Of a stretch of 64,000 nt of DNA, positions 1 to 9,811 are shown one piece after another; the first letter of the stretch is position 1, and each line of letters starts with the position of its first letter. Under the pieces are notes generated by a model. The model made no database searches and had not been told where the DNA came from. It saw only the letters and a list, made by a program, of their open reading frames with translations. The stretch comes from Vicinamibacterales bacterium (GTDB lineage Bacteria; Acidobacteriota; Vicinamibacteria; Vicinamibacterales; CAZQMT01). Where the stretch lies: the NCBI GenBank assembly GCA_965197935.1, contig CBDAOD010000003.1:1132042-1196041 (forward strand), read 5' to 3'. The translations under genes were made by a program, and so were the position numbers.

Positions 1-2442
1 TCGCCGTCGGTGACGATGAGCCGCATCGACGTGGGCGCCAGCCGCGCCGGCACGCAGACCGGCTATGCGGCCTACGACACCAAGATGACGCAGCACCGAC
101 CGACCGTCGAGGGCATGGTCATGACGGAGGGGCGCGGCGGGGCGTGCTTTTACTATGACTTCGGCTCGTTCGACGAGGTGTCGATCGGGAGCGGGACGCA
201 CAGCGCCGACATGGGCTGGCCGGGTGTGCAGTCGCAGTTCATCTCCAAATCGGGCGGGAACGAGTATCACGGGACCGCGCGGGCCGACTATCAGTGCGGC
301 GACTGGCAGGCGACCAACATCAACGCCGAGCAGATCGCGCTGGGCGTCGTGGGCGGCGAGACGGTCGCGGCCAACGAAGTAAACAAGTTCCACCGCTACT
401 GGGACTTCAACGCGGACGCGGGCGGCTACTTCAAGAAGGACAAGCTGTGGGTGTTCGGATCGGCGCGGGAGTGGGACATCCGCGGGTTCCGCGCGAACTT
501 CCCGGTCAAGCCGTTCCGGACGCACCTGAACAACCTGTCGGGGAAGATGACCTACGCGATCAACCAGGACAACAAGGCCATCTTCTACTCGATGTATGGG
601 CGGAAGAACCAGGTGAACCGGACGAACACGCATCGGCTGAGCTCGAGCTCGGCGATTCACCGGAGCACCGACTCGACCTGGAACCAGCTCTACTGGGGGT
701 CGGTGACCAAGGGCGAGTGGAACTCGGTCATGAGCGACCGGGCGTTCTTCGAGATCCGGGGCGGGAAGATGGGGTATGACTGGACGAACTTCAGCTACGC
801 CCCGCAGACGTACACCTACGAGGATCTGGGGAACAACGAAGTGCGGGGCGGCAACCGCAACTGGCAGCGCGACCGGCACCGGGCGCAGGTGCTCACCTCG
901 CTGACCTACTTCCAGGACGGCTGGGGCGGCGACCACAACTTCAAGGTGGGCGCCGACTTCTTCCGGGGGATCACGCGGAACTGGCGCGGTGGATTGACAC
1001 GCAACCCTGGCGGCCGGAACCTGGTGCCCGAGCAGTACCTGTTCATGGACCTGTTCCACATCCTGGAGAACGGGGCGCCGTCGGAGGTGTACCTGTTCGA
1101 GGGCCCGTCGGTGAACGACAGCCGGCTGTGGACCTACTCGGGTTACGTCAGTGACTCGTGGGCGGTGAACCAGCACCTGACGCTGAACCTGGGCGCGCGC
1201 TATGACCGGTATCGCCATTACAGGCCGGAGCAGTCGCACAACCCGGGACGAATCCACTGCTTCAGCACCGAGTGCCTGGCGGGTGGGATCACGTATCCGG
1301 CGGAAACGATCCTGACTTGGAACCTGCTGGCACCGCGGCTCGGGGCGACCTTCGACGTCGCCGGCGACGGCAAGACGGTCATCAAGGGGAACTACGCCCA
1401 TTACTGGTGGAACCCGGCCGGCGACTTGGTCCGCAGCACGAACCCCAACTCGGATGAGTGGTATGAGCGGCGGGACTGGGCCGACCTGAACGGCAATGGG
1501 TTCTGGGATCCGGGCGAGGAGGGCGCGCTCAACTCGTTCGGTGGCGGCACGGCCGGGACGACGCTGGACCCGAACATCGACGACCAGCGGACGCGGGAGA
1601 TCGCGTTCTGGGTGGAGCGCGAGCTCATCCCGAACTTGGGGCTTCGGGGCGGCTACGTCTACCGGAAGGTCGACAACCTCTATCAGAACGGCGTCGGCAC
1701 GCGGCCCTTCGCCGCCTACAACGTGCCGATCCAGATCCAGGATCCGGGACCCGACGGGTCAACGGGGACCGCCGACGACGGGCCGCTCCTCAACGGGTTC
1801 AACCTGGACCCGGCGGTCCTGGCGCTCGGGATCATCAATCAGACGCGGAACGTGCCGGGCGAGCCGGAGTTCCACACGTTCGAGCTCAGCGGCACGAAGC
1901 GGATGGCGGACAACTGGTCGATGGTCGCGGGCTTCTCCTACCGGCTGTCCCGCGACATGGACAACAACTACTTCGGCAACACGATCCGCGGGGGCGAGGG
2001 TGGCCTCGAGAACCCGAACGAGTGCATCAACACGGGCGACGCGGACTGCCGGTTCCACTTTACGACCTGGAATTTCAAGGTGAACGCGACCTACCAGGCG
2101 CCGGGCGAGTGGATCTTCAGCCCGAACCTGCGGCACCAGGCCGGCCAGCCGTTTGGCCGGATCTTCCGGCCGCGCCTGAACTACGGCCGGCAGCGGATCC
2201 TGGCCGAGCCGATGGACACGAACCGGCAGGACAACATCACCGTCCTCGACCTGCGGACCGAGAAGGCGTTCAACATCGGTCCGAGTCGTGGCGGTCGGCT
2301 GATCGGGTTCTTCGACCTCTACAACATCACGAACTCGAACGCGGCGGAGAACATCAACGCCAACTCGGGCGGCAACTACCTGCGGCCGATCGAGATCCTC
2401 AATCCGCGGATCGCTCGGATCGGCGTGAAGTTCGAGTGGTAA
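1..2442 (+). CDS. TonB-dependent outer-membrane receptor (C-terminal ~810 aa; 5' end lies outside the window)
   Basis: The frame is open from base 1. Long Gly/Asn/Tyr/Arg-rich barrel-type sequence ending ...RIARIGVKFEW, with the terminal aromatic typical of OM barrels. A strong terminator follows. Confidence 0.75.
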   Translation, partial: SPSVTMSRIDVGASRAGTQTGYAAYDTKMTQHRPTVEGMVMTEGRGGACFYYDFGSFDEVSIGSGTHSADMGWPGVQSQFISKSGGNEYHGTARADYQCGDWQATNINAEQIALGVVGGETVAANEVNKFHRYWDFNADAGGYFKKDKLWVFGSAREWDIRGFRANFPVKPFRTHLNNLSGKMTYAINQDNKAIFYSMYGRKNQVNRTNTHRLSSSSAIHRSTDSTWNQLYWGSVTKGEWNSVMSDRAFFEIRGGKMGYDWTNFSYAPQTYTYEDLGNNEVRGGNRNWQRDRHRAQVLTSLTYFQDGWGGDHNFKVGADFFRGITRNWRGGLTRNPGGRNLVPEQYLFMDLFHILENGAPSEVYLFEGPSVNDSRLWTYSGYVSDSWAVNQHLTLNLGARYDRYRHYRPEQSHNPGRIHCFSTECLAGGITYPAETILTWNLLAPRLGATFDVAGDGKTVIKGNYAHYWWNPAGDLVRSTNPNSDEWYERRDWADLNGNGFWDPGEEGALNSFGGGTAGTTLDPNIDDQRTREIAFWVERELIPNLGLRGGYVYRKVDNLYQNGVGTRPFAAYNVPIQIQDPGPDGSTGTADDGPLLNGFNLDPAVLALGIINQTRNVPGEPEFHTFELSGTKRMADNWSMVAGFSYRLSRDMDNNYFGNTIRGGEGGLENPNECINTGDADCRFHFTTWNFKVNATYQAPGEWIFSPNLRHQAGQPFGRIFRPRLNYGRQRILAEPMDTNRQDNITVLDLRTEKAFNIGPSRGGRLIGFFDLYNITNSNAAENINANSGGNYLRPIEILNPRIARIGVKFEW

Positions 2443-2518
2443 ACCCTGGACGCTGAGACGAGCAGGTCTGGGGACCAGCCCCCCGGGCCTCCGGCCTTTG
2501 GCGTCTGACGGAATCTTG

Positions 2519-2555
2519 GGGCGTGTAGCTGTTGGGCTACACGCCCTTTCTTTTT
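2519..2555 (+). terminator. Rho-independent terminator of the receptor gene
   Basis: 11-bp perfect stem GGGCGTGTAGC / GCTACACGCCC (2519-2529, 2536-2546), a 6-nt loop, then TTTCTTTTT (2547-2555). Confidence 0.8.
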
Positions 2556-2747
2556 GGCCGGGGATGTCGCACGCGACCAGCGTGTCCAGAGAGGGTCGCA
2601 AGCTGAAATTCGCGGGCGTCTTCCGATGCTCGAGCTTGCGGTCGGCGGCATGACGGCGTTACCCTAGTGGTCGGGTGGTTCTTCGTTCCCCTTCCCGTTC
2701 TCTCCCCCATCAGAACGTCGGACTCGTCTCTCGGAGACGTTTCAACC

Positions 2748-3008
2748 GTGCGCAGCAAAGCAACAGGTCAGCCCTTGACCACCGGCGAATTCGCCGGCCT
2801 TCTCGGCGTCAGCGACCAGTTCATCCGCAACGAGATCAAGGCGGGCTACCTGCAGGCGCATCGGATCGGGCGCGGGCGCCAGCGGCAGTACCGGATCCCC
2901 TGGCAGGAGGCGAAGCGCTACGCGGGGGGGATTGGGGCTGACATCACCCGCGACGCAGCGCTGACGCATGGGTCAGGAGCGATGAGCGCGGCTGACAAGA
3001 GCCCGTAG
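2748..3008 (+). CDS. Excisionase/MerR-superfamily helix-turn-helix DNA-binding protein (~86 aa)
   Basis: GTG at 2748 preceded by GGAGAC. LTTGEFAGLLGVSDQFIRNEIKAGYLQAHRIGRGRQRQYRIPWQEAKRY is a typical excisionase-type HTH. Confidence 0.55.
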   Translation: MRSKATGQPLTTGEFAGLLGVSDQFIRNEIKAGYLQAHRIGRGRQRQYRIPWQEAKRYAGGIGADITRDAALTHGSGAMSAADKSP

Positions 3009-3098
3009 CCGCAAGTAAGAGGCAGGCGGGCGGCGGGATGGTCCCGCCGGCCGGATGGAGGATGCGAGTGGGTTGTGGCCCGCCATCCCGAGCACGCG

Positions 3099-3221
3099 GG
3101 CGGCGGCAGCCTCTTCGAAGCTCATGTTGGACGGTTTCGATACAATCGTGTACTCCACTGGCAAGCACATGTATTCACCGTAGGCACCCATTCGAAGTTT
3201 GGTGGAGCCGAAAACCTGAAT
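3099..3221 (-). pseudogene. Remnant (~40 aa) of a zinc-type/MDR alcohol dehydrogenase or quinone oxidoreductase
   Basis: IQVFGSTKLRMGAYGEYMCLPVEYTIVSKPSNMSFEEAAAA matches the conserved (D)xVFG...GAYAEY...P..LSFEEAA block of MDR dehydrogenases. It is cut at 3221/3222 by the IS21 end and loses similarity below ~3099. GC is visibly lower than the surroundings. Confidence 0.5.
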
Positions 3222-3228
3222 TGTCAAG

Positions 3229-3273
3229 GGCGGACCAAAGTTAGACCACGGTGGCGGAGGAAAATTAGACCAC
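3229..3273. repeat. IS21 terminal multi-repeat (istB-proximal end)
   Basis: GGCGGACCAAAGTTAGACCAC (3229-3249) and GGCGGAGGAAAATTAGACCAC (3253-3273). These are reverse complements of the motif found at the other end. Confidence 0.65.
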
Positions 3274-3335
3274 CCGGCCCGGTGGACGGCGTGCCTGAGA
3301 GTGGCTGCACCGCCAGCAGCTTGCGAAGGGAGGCG

Positions 3336-4107
3336 TCAGGACGCCGGAGCGGCAGCGTCGTGGCGGGCGTGCGTGCTGTGTGCGAGGCGATAGCTGTCGC
3401 CGTTCAGCTCCAGCATGTGGACGTGATGGGTCAACCTGGTCGAGCAGCGCGCCGGTCAGCCGTTGAGAGCCGAAGATCTCGGTCCATTCGTTGAAGGGCA
3501 GATTCGAGGTCACCAGCGTCGATGCTTGCTCGTAGCGCTGGGAGAAGATCGCGAACAGCAGCTCGGCGCCGGTCTTGGACAACGGCACGGAGCCGAGTTC
3601 GTCCACGATCAACAGATCCTGCTTGGCAAGCTGCTTCTGGAGGCGCAGCAGGCGCTTCTCATCCCGGGCCTCGAGCAGTTCGTTCACCAGCGCGGCGGCG
3701 GTGAGGAAGCGCCCCCGATAGCCCTTCTGACAGGCCGCCAGCCCCAACGCCAGTGCCAGATGCGTCTTGCCCGTGCCGGAGTTGCCTAACGCCAACACGT
3801 TCTCTCGGCGGTCGAGATACGCCGAGCGCGCCAGCTCCAGCACCAGGCGCTTATTCAACGACGGGATTGCGCGGAACGCGAAGGTCTCGAGACTCTTCAA
3901 GACCGGGAACTTGGCGGCCTTGATGCGGCGCTCGGGGGCGCGCTGCTCGCGATCAAGCCACTCCAGCTCGCAGAGGCGGAGCAGATAGCGCGGACAGTCC
4001 AGCCCTTCCTGGGCGCACTGCCGCGCCACTTTGTCGTACTCGCGCAGAAAGGTCGGCAGGCGCAGGGCCTTGAGCTGCGCGTCGAGCCGCAGGGTCGGTT
4101 TTGCCAT
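3336..4107 (-). pseudogene. istB: IS21 helper ATPase IstB, frameshifted near 3437
   Basis: Starts MAKPTLRLDAQLKALRLPTF, with Walker A GNSGTGKTH and DELG. After ...RLTGALLD the frame is lost. Removing one nt in CCTGGT (3435-3440) restores LTHHVHMLELNGDSYRLAHS... ending at TGA 3336-3338. The 429-aa track ORF (3265-4554) is an artefactual extension at both ends. Confidence 0.8.
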
Positions 4108-5606
4108 CACGCGGCGCCTGCCCCCAGCAGCGCCAGGTAGTCCGCTGCCGCGGTCGTCGCGCCGCGCGCGGCCGGGAGATGCGGATACTGCGCCAGGTCG
4201 AGGCGGGGCGGCCGGTGTTCGATGCGACACAGCCCCAGATGCTTGACGGCGTCGAACCCGATCACGCCCAGGGCGAGGGCGTCCCGGACAGCGCCGCTGA
4301 CGTGGGCGAACCGAAAGTCTGCGAGCAGCCGCAGCACCTGCACGTACTCGCGCGTCCCCGCCGTGCCCAGCCGGGCCTCCCACAGACGCCGTCGCCGACC
4401 AAACGCTTCCGGCAGCTCCCAGCCGGCTAGCGGCGCCGCTTGATCGAGCGCCCCGGTCTTGCGCTCCAGCAAGGCCAAGTAGTGCAGCGGCTCGAAGATC
4501 AACGCGTCCCGCTCGTAGCTGCGAGGATGGCGGGCGATTACGGTACTGCCGCACACGACCACGACGGTGTCCACGTAGCCCTTCACCACCACCTCGCGGT
4601 GGCCGTAGGCGGTCGGCACCGAGTAGGCGTTGCGGCGGTCGCGCACCAGCGACAACGACGTGACCCGCGTCGGGCGCGTGTCGCAGGCTTCATACGGGAC
4701 CGGCGGCAACGGCAACAACGCGGCGCGGTCGCGCGCGAAGCGCTCCCCGATCGTCTCGGTGTGCCGCCGCAACCGCTGCCCGCGCCGCGCGCGGCACTGG
4801 CGCTCCAAGTCGGCGTTCAACGCGTCCCAACTGGCCACGCGCGGGACCGGCACGAAGAAGTTGCGGCGGGCGTAGCCGACCCGCCCTTCCACCTTGCCTT
4901 TGTCGTTGCCCTTCCCCGGTCGTCCGAAGCGATCGTCGAACAGGTAGTGCGACTGGAGTTCGCTGAAGACTTGGGTCCGCTGGCGCGTGCCGTCACCGAG
5001 AATCCGCGCCACCGCCAGCTTGGTGTTGTCGTAGACGATGCCACGCGGTACGCCGCCGAAATAGTGAAACGCCGCGTTGTGCCCGTCACAGAACGCCTCC
5101 GTCGTCTCGGCCGGAAACGCCTGCACGAACGCGTCGGCGCTGTGCGGCAGATCCACGACCAGGTAGTGCGCCTTGCATTCGACGCCGGCGACGACCACCA
5201 GCGCTTCACCGAAGTCGGCCTGGGCGTCGCCCGGCGGGTGCACGAGCGGCACGAACATCTCTTGCCCGCCCAGCTTCCGCCGGCGCCCGTAGTCTTTGAC
5301 GATGGTGTAGCCGCCCGTGAAAGCGTGCTCCGCGCGCAAGCGCTCCCAGATGCGCTTCGCCGTGTGCCGTTGCTTCTTCGGACGCGGCTGATCGTCGGTG
5401 AGGATCTGATCGATGCCCCTGGTGAAGGCGTCCAGTTTCGGACACCGGATCGGTTTCGCCCGGCGATACCCGGGCGGCAGTCGGTCGCGCAGCATCTTGC
5501 GCACCGTCTCCCGGGCCAGCCCGAAGCAGCGCGCCGCCGCCCGCTCGCTCAACCCCTCCACATAGACGCTGCGCCGCACCTCCGCATAGAGCTCCACTCG
5601 ATACAT
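4107..5606 (-). CDS. istA: IS21 transposase IstA
   Basis: ATG 5606 preceded by AGGAGG. N-terminal HTH (MYRVELYAEVRRSVYVEGLSERAAARCFGLARETVRKML) followed by a DDE integrase-core-like region. The stop overlaps the istB ATG. Confidence 0.9.
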   Translation of the reverse strand: MYRVELYAEVRRSVYVEGLSERAAARCFGLARETVRKMLRDRLPPGYRRAKPIRCPKLDAFTRGIDQILTDDQPRPKKQRHTAKRIWERLRAEHAFTGGYTIVKDYGRRRKLGGQEMFVPLVHPPGDAQADFGEALVVVAGVECKAHYLVVDLPHSADAFVQAFPAETTEAFCDGHNAAFHYFGGVPRGIVYDNTKLAVARILGDGTRQRTQVFSELQSHYLFDDRFGRPGKGNDKGKVEGRVGYARRNFFVPVPRVASWDALNADLERQCRARRGQRLRRHTETIGERFARDRAALLPLPPVPYEACDTRPTRVTSLSLVRDRRNAYSVPTAYGHREVVVKGYVDTVVVVCGSTVIARHPRSYERDALIFEPLHYLALLERKTGALDQAAPLAGWELPEAFGRRRRLWEARLGTAGTREYVQVLRLLADFRFAHVSGAVRDALALGVIGFDAVKHLGLCRIEHRPPRLDLAQYPHLPAARGATTAAADYLALLGAGAA

Positions 5607-5656
5607 CCCTCCTGTGTCCCACAAAACACTCTCGGAATGCTCGGTGGACCACTCGA

Positions 5657-5723
5657 GCGGTCTGGTTTTCTGCCGCCCTCAAGCGCTTCCAACCGCCGCG
5701 CTGTGGTCTATTCTTGCTCCGCC
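5657..5723. repeat. IS21 terminal multi-repeat (istA-proximal end)
   Basis: GCGGTCTGGTTTTCTGCCGCC (5657-5677) and GTGGTCTATTCTTGCTCCGCC (5703-5723). Confidence 0.65.
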
Positions 5724-6006
5724 GTTCTCACAGGGTTGGCTCCGCTGCCGCGCTCGCCGACGCCGCGCTACCCGCGGGCTAGCAGTCCGTGGTGAGAGTC
5801 CTGCGTCGCACGAAGGGCGGCGCGGCGCCCGACTGACAAGGCGCGAGGAGCGAGAATACCGGGAGTATGTGACCGACGAGCAACGCAGTCAGGCGGGATG
5901 CAGCGCCGGCCGACTGCAACAGGACTTTTACTACGGGCTGCTAGTGGTGTGTCCCAAGAATAACTTTGCACTTCCCAACCTTCTCTAGAATCGTATCGAC
6001 CGTCGC

Positions 6007-7428
6007 GAGGGTGAGCGAAACTTAGTTGGAAATTGAAACGGCTCCCACACCCTGTGGTTTGATGACGTTAAGCAAAACGGCCATCAACCCACGAGAGAAA
6101 GGAGCCGAGATGAGCAGTGTCCTACGTCCTGTCAGGAAGCGCAAGAAGGGTCGCAAGCTGGGCCGGGTCGAGGTCATCCGGCGCGAGGACTACACCGCGC
6201 TGGAGCTGGACGCCAAGGTGGAGCTGATCCGCTCGCTGGTCCCGCTGGGCTTGATGCACGTGGAGGAGGTGCTCGACGAGGAGGTAACGGCGCTGGCTGG
6301 CGAGCGCTACGCCCGCAAGGCCGCGTCGATCGGGGGCCGCCGGCACGGTAGCAACCCTGGGACCGTCGGCCTGGCGGGGCAGCGGGTGCCGATTCGGGTG
6401 CCGCGGGGTCGCGGGGCGGGAGATTCCGTTGCGCGCCTACGAGGCGTTGCATGGCGACGGCGCGGTGAATGACCTCCTGCTGAAGCGCGGGCTCTATGGG
6501 ATCTCGTGTCGCAACTACGAGGCGGCCACCGAGGCGATTCCCGGCGCGATCGGGCTGTCGGGGTCGACGGTGTCCCGAGGCTTCATCGAGGCCAGCGCCG
6601 CGAAGCTTCACGAGCTCCAGGAGCGGGACCTGGCCGCTGAGGACGTCGTGGCCATCGTATTGGACGGCAAGACGTTCGCCGAGGCCACAATGGTCATCGC
6701 ACTGGGCATCACCATTTCAGGGGCGAAACACTTCCTCGGCTTCGTGGAGACGGACACGGAGAATGAGCGGGTGCTGACGCTGTTCTTGCGGTCGTTGGTC
6801 GAGCGGGGGCTGGACCTCTCGCAGGGCCTGCTGGTGATCCTCGACGGCAGCAAGGGGCTGCGGGCAGCCGTCCGGAAGACCTTCCGCCACCGCGCCCTGG
6901 TCCAACGGTGCCAGTGGCACAAGCGGGAGAACGTGGTGAGTCACCTGGCCAAGAGCGAACTGGCGGCGTGGCGTCAGCGCCTCCAGCGCGCCTACAACCG
7001 GCCGGAGTACGACGAGGCCCTCACGGCGCTCAAGACGCTCCAGGGCGAGCTCGACGAACGGAACCAGTCGGCGGCTCGGAGCTTGACAGAAGGTCTGGAC
7101 GAAACCTTAACGCTGCATCGCCTCGGGCTGTACGGGGTGCTGGGCCGGTCGCTGAAGACGACGAACTGTCTGGAGTCGGTCAATGCGCTCGTTGAGGAAC
7201 GCTGTGCGAAGGTTGACCACTGGCAGAACTCGAGCCAACGCCACCGCTGGCTGGCGACCGCGCTCCTGGACATCGAGCCGCGCCTGCGGAAGCTGATGGG
7301 CTACCGCCACCTGCCCACGCTTCGTGCCGCGTTGAAGCAAGAACTGAAGATCGACACGACGACATCGAAGAAGGCCGCATGACGAATCCGGAGCCGTAGA
7401 GAGTTTCAACTAAGAATGGGCTTGACTC
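6007..7428 (+). mobile_element. IS256-family element, copy 1, nested inside IS630
   Basis: Flanked by an 8-bp direct repeat ACCGTCGC (5999-6006 and 7429-7436). That repeat is single-copy at the equivalent site of IS630 copy 2. Imperfect terminal IRs GAGGGTGAGCGAAACTTAGTTGGAAA... / GAGTCAAGCCCATTCTTAGTTGAAA... Confidence 0.85.
6110..7382 (+). pseudogene. IS256-family (Mutator-type) transposase with an 8-bp deletion and frameshift near 6406
   Basis: Two track ORFs (6026-6472, 6429-7382) together equal the single 454-aa ORF of copy 2. Copy 2 reads GGTGCCGCGGGTGCGCGGGGTCGC where copy 1 reads GGTGCCGCGGGGTCGC. The likely start is ATG 6110 (MSSVLRPVRKRKKG) after AAGGAG. Confidence 0.85.
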
Positions 7429-8452
7429 ACCGTCGCGGTCCAGACAAAGGGTTGGGGGTTGTGTTGTAGCGCTGGAGGTAATCGTTGATGGCGGCGACGA
7501 GTTCGTCGACACTGCAAAACACCCCGCGGCGGATGCGTTTCTGCGTGAGCTGGCTGAACCAACTCTCGACGAGGTTGAGCCACGATGCGCCGGTAGGGGT
7601 GAAGTGGAGCGTGAAGCGCGGATGGGCCGCCAGCCAGGCCCGCACGGTCGGATGTTTATGCGTGCCGTAGTTGTCCAGAATGAGGTGGAGGTCGAGGCGA
7701 GAGGGGAACGCGCGGTGGAGTTGGCGAAGAAACTTCAGGAACTCCTGATGCCGATGCCGGCCGTGGCACTCGCCGATGACCTGCCCGGTCAGCATGTTCA
7801 GCGCGGCGAACAAGGTCGTTGTCCCGTGGCGCTTGTAGTCATGCGTGAGTGTCCCACAGCGGCCCTTCTTCATCGGCAGCCCGGGCTGCGTCCGGTCCAG
7901 CGCCTGAATGTGACTCTTCTCGTCCACACACAGCACGACGGCCTTCTCGGGCGGATTCATGTACAGCCCCACGACGTCCGTCAGCTTCTCCACGAACGCG
8001 GGATCGGTCGACAGCTTGAACGTCTCCACTCGATGGGGTTGGAGGCCATGCGCGTCCCAGATCCGCTGCACGGTCGAGCGACTGACCCCCTGCGCCTTCG
8101 CCATCGTGCGACAACTCCAGGGGGTCGCCCCCGGTGGCGTGCGGTGCAACGTTGCGTGGACGATGGCTTTGACCCTGCGCGCACTGATCGTCGGTTTGCG
8201 CCCGCGCCCCTCACGCATCTCGAACACCGAATCAACGCCCTCCTCTCCAAACCGGTCGCGCCAAGCCAGCACGGTCGGCCGGCTGACGTCCACGGTCGCG
8301 GCAATGCGGCTGTTGGAAACCCCCTCGGTCGCCAGCAGCAACGCCTTCGCGCGGATGACTACCCGATGCGGTGCCGACGTACTACGGGCCCACTGTTCCA
8401 GGAGTCGCCGATCCTTCGCGGCCATGGACAGAGCGGCGGCGGCCTCATTCAT
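7427..8452 (-). pseudogene. IS630-family transposase, copy 1 (1-nt deletion near 7462 and 3' end severed by IS256)
   Basis: The first ~327 aa are nearly identical to copy 2. Copy 1 reads CTACAACACAACCCCC versus CTACAACGACAACCCCC in copy 2, giving ...[13 protein letters not shown] instead of ...[32 protein letters not shown]. The last codons of the gene survive at 5941-6006. Confidence 0.85.
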
Positions 8453-9440
8453 CCCGCCTATATTGCACGCAGGTCGTTGATATGTAAATGTATTTCAGGG
8501 ACACTACACTAACGGTGGTGGCGCTCTTCGGGATGCTGCTGGGACCCACCGCCGGCGCGACAGCTGCCGAGGCTCGGCTCGCCGCAACCCCGCGCGCAGC
8601 GGGCGACCCGGACACGGACGCAAGAGCCGACCGACCGCGGGCCCGAAAGAGAGACACGGCACTGCCCGATGCCGTGGCCAAAACATCGTCTGAGCTCGCA
8701 CAGGAGCGCTCACCGTTTGCCGAACCCGTCCGGCCGATCACGCCGGAGCTCAAGCAGTTCGTGGACACAGGGTATCGACGGTCTCACACATTCCGCTCCA
8801 TCCTCGACGGTCTGGCGGGAAAGTTCGTCATCGTACACCTCGTTCCTGCGGCGTCACTACCATCCGGCCTCTCCGGCGGTCTTCAGTTCGTGACGACAGC
8901 CAACGGCTACCGCTACCTGCGGATCTCCATGCGCACCGACCTGGACCCTGCCGTGCTCATCGCCGTGCTTGGTCACGAGCTGCAGCACGCACTCGAGATC
9001 GGGCAGGCACGACACGTCGTGGATCTGGGAACCCTGCGGCACTTCTATCGCCTGACCGGCATCGAGTCCTGTCTGGACTCGAGTCAAGAATGCTACGACA
9101 CACCCCTTGCCCAAACGATGGGGCGTTCGGTCTACGCTGAAGTCCTCCATCCCTCGAGTTCCGACATCGAGGAACCCACCGCTTTCAAGTAAGCCTGTTC
9201 GCATTCGCCAGCCCGCGGACGAAGTGCTTCCCTAGCGCGGGTTGAAGCGAGCACTGAAGGCGCGCGTGCCGACAGGGCAGTAGACCATGGCGCGTGTTCG
9301 CGGTACGCTCAGGGATCGGGGGGGAGCGGCGTGGTCAGCGGAACGGCGGTGTACATGCTCGCTCACGCCAGCGTCCGCGACTGGACGCTCTGGGCCTGGG
9401 GCATGACCGCCGTGGCGATTCTCTTCAACCCCATCGAGGT

Positions 9441-9491
9441 GCTGCGTCGCTGAACCATCCGAACATCGCTGGCATCCACGGGCTCGAAGAA
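9441..9491 (+). pseudogene. Tiny remnant of a Ser/Thr protein kinase
   Basis: AASLNHPNIAGIHGLEE matches the conserved ...LNHPNIA.I(Y/H)GLEE block after the VAIK strand of bacterial Hanks-type kinases. No surrounding kinase sequence is present. Confidence 0.3.
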
Positions 9492-9811
9492 CCAGAAGAG
9501 GGTACGGAATGGCTAGACGACTCTGGACGATTGGACTGAGCATCATTTTCATGGCGGCCAGCGCGCAGGCACAAACGGACCTGCCGTTTGAAGTCGGGTC
9601 CGTCACCGCATTCGACGAGCCCTGGGCCCTGGCGTTCTTGCCGGATGGCCGCATGCTGGTGACGGAAAAGAAGGGCAACCTGCTCATCGTCACCCAGGAC
9701 GGGGAAACGTTCCGAGCGATCGGCGGCGTGCCGGACGTCGCTTACGGCGGCCAGGGCGGGCTGGGGGACGTCGCCCTGCACCCGAATTCTCCCGAGAACC
9801 ACGTGATTTAC

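Larger units (their letters stand above)
3222..5732 (-). mobile_element. IS21-family insertion sequence (~2.5 kb), istA-istB
   Basis: IstA and IstB ORFs overlap by ATGA at 4105-4109. The ends read TGT...ACA. Two copies of a 21-nt motif GTGGTCTA(A/T)NTTNNNTCCGCC lie at each end in inverted orientation. Boundaries are approximate (+/- a few bp) and no clear target duplication was seen. Confidence 0.85.
5942..8511 (-). mobile_element. IS630-family element, copy 1, itself interrupted by IS256 copy 1
   Basis: Ends TAGTGGTGTGTCCC (5942-) and GGGACACTACACTA (-8511) are imperfect inverted repeats flanked by TA. Pieces 5942-6006 and 7429-8511 are colinear with the uninterrupted copy at 32908-34049. 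Confidence 0.85.
5869..9192 (+). pseudogene. Secreted HExxH-motif hypothetical protein gene, split by the IS630 copy 1 insertion
   Basis: The 5' piece (GTG 5869 after GGGAG; ...RLQQDFYYGLL) stops at the TA at 5942-5943. The 3' piece resumes at 8512 in the same frame (TVVALFGMLLGPTAGATAAEA...). Joined, they form one continuous signal-peptide-like hydrophobic core. The mature part carries LGHELQHALE. Confidence 0.5.

Noticed and set aside
3265-4554. 429-aa ORF as given in the track (and similar N-terminal extensions of 39361-40845, 38510-39805, 47899-49374, 27313-30030, 18405-20597, 16523-17911)
   Set aside because: The conserved protein starts well inside each ORF, for example at MAKPTLRL for IstB and MPTLPELL for PilT. 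The upstream parts overlap the preceding gene and are compositionally junk.
4440-5795. 451-aa plus-strand ORF
   Set aside because: It lies entirely antisense to the well-supported IstA gene. The sequence is low-complexity and Arg/Ala/Gly/Pro-rich, typical of a high-GC antisense frame.
6405-6472. Programmed ribosomal frameshift in the IS256 copy 1 transposase (and at 33600-33640 in the IS630 copy 2 transposase)
   Set aside because: In each case the sibling copy in this same window is a single uninterrupted frame at the equivalent site. The difference is a simple 8-bp deletion or 1-nt insertion, so these are mutations and not recoding signals.
9331-9453. 40-codon ORF (VVSGTAVYMLAHASVRDWTLWAWGMTAVAILFNPIEVLRR) resembling a small membrane protein
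   Set aside because: It is too short and sits in a region full of gene debris. It has no RBS or conserved context that I can verify, so I left it unannotated.
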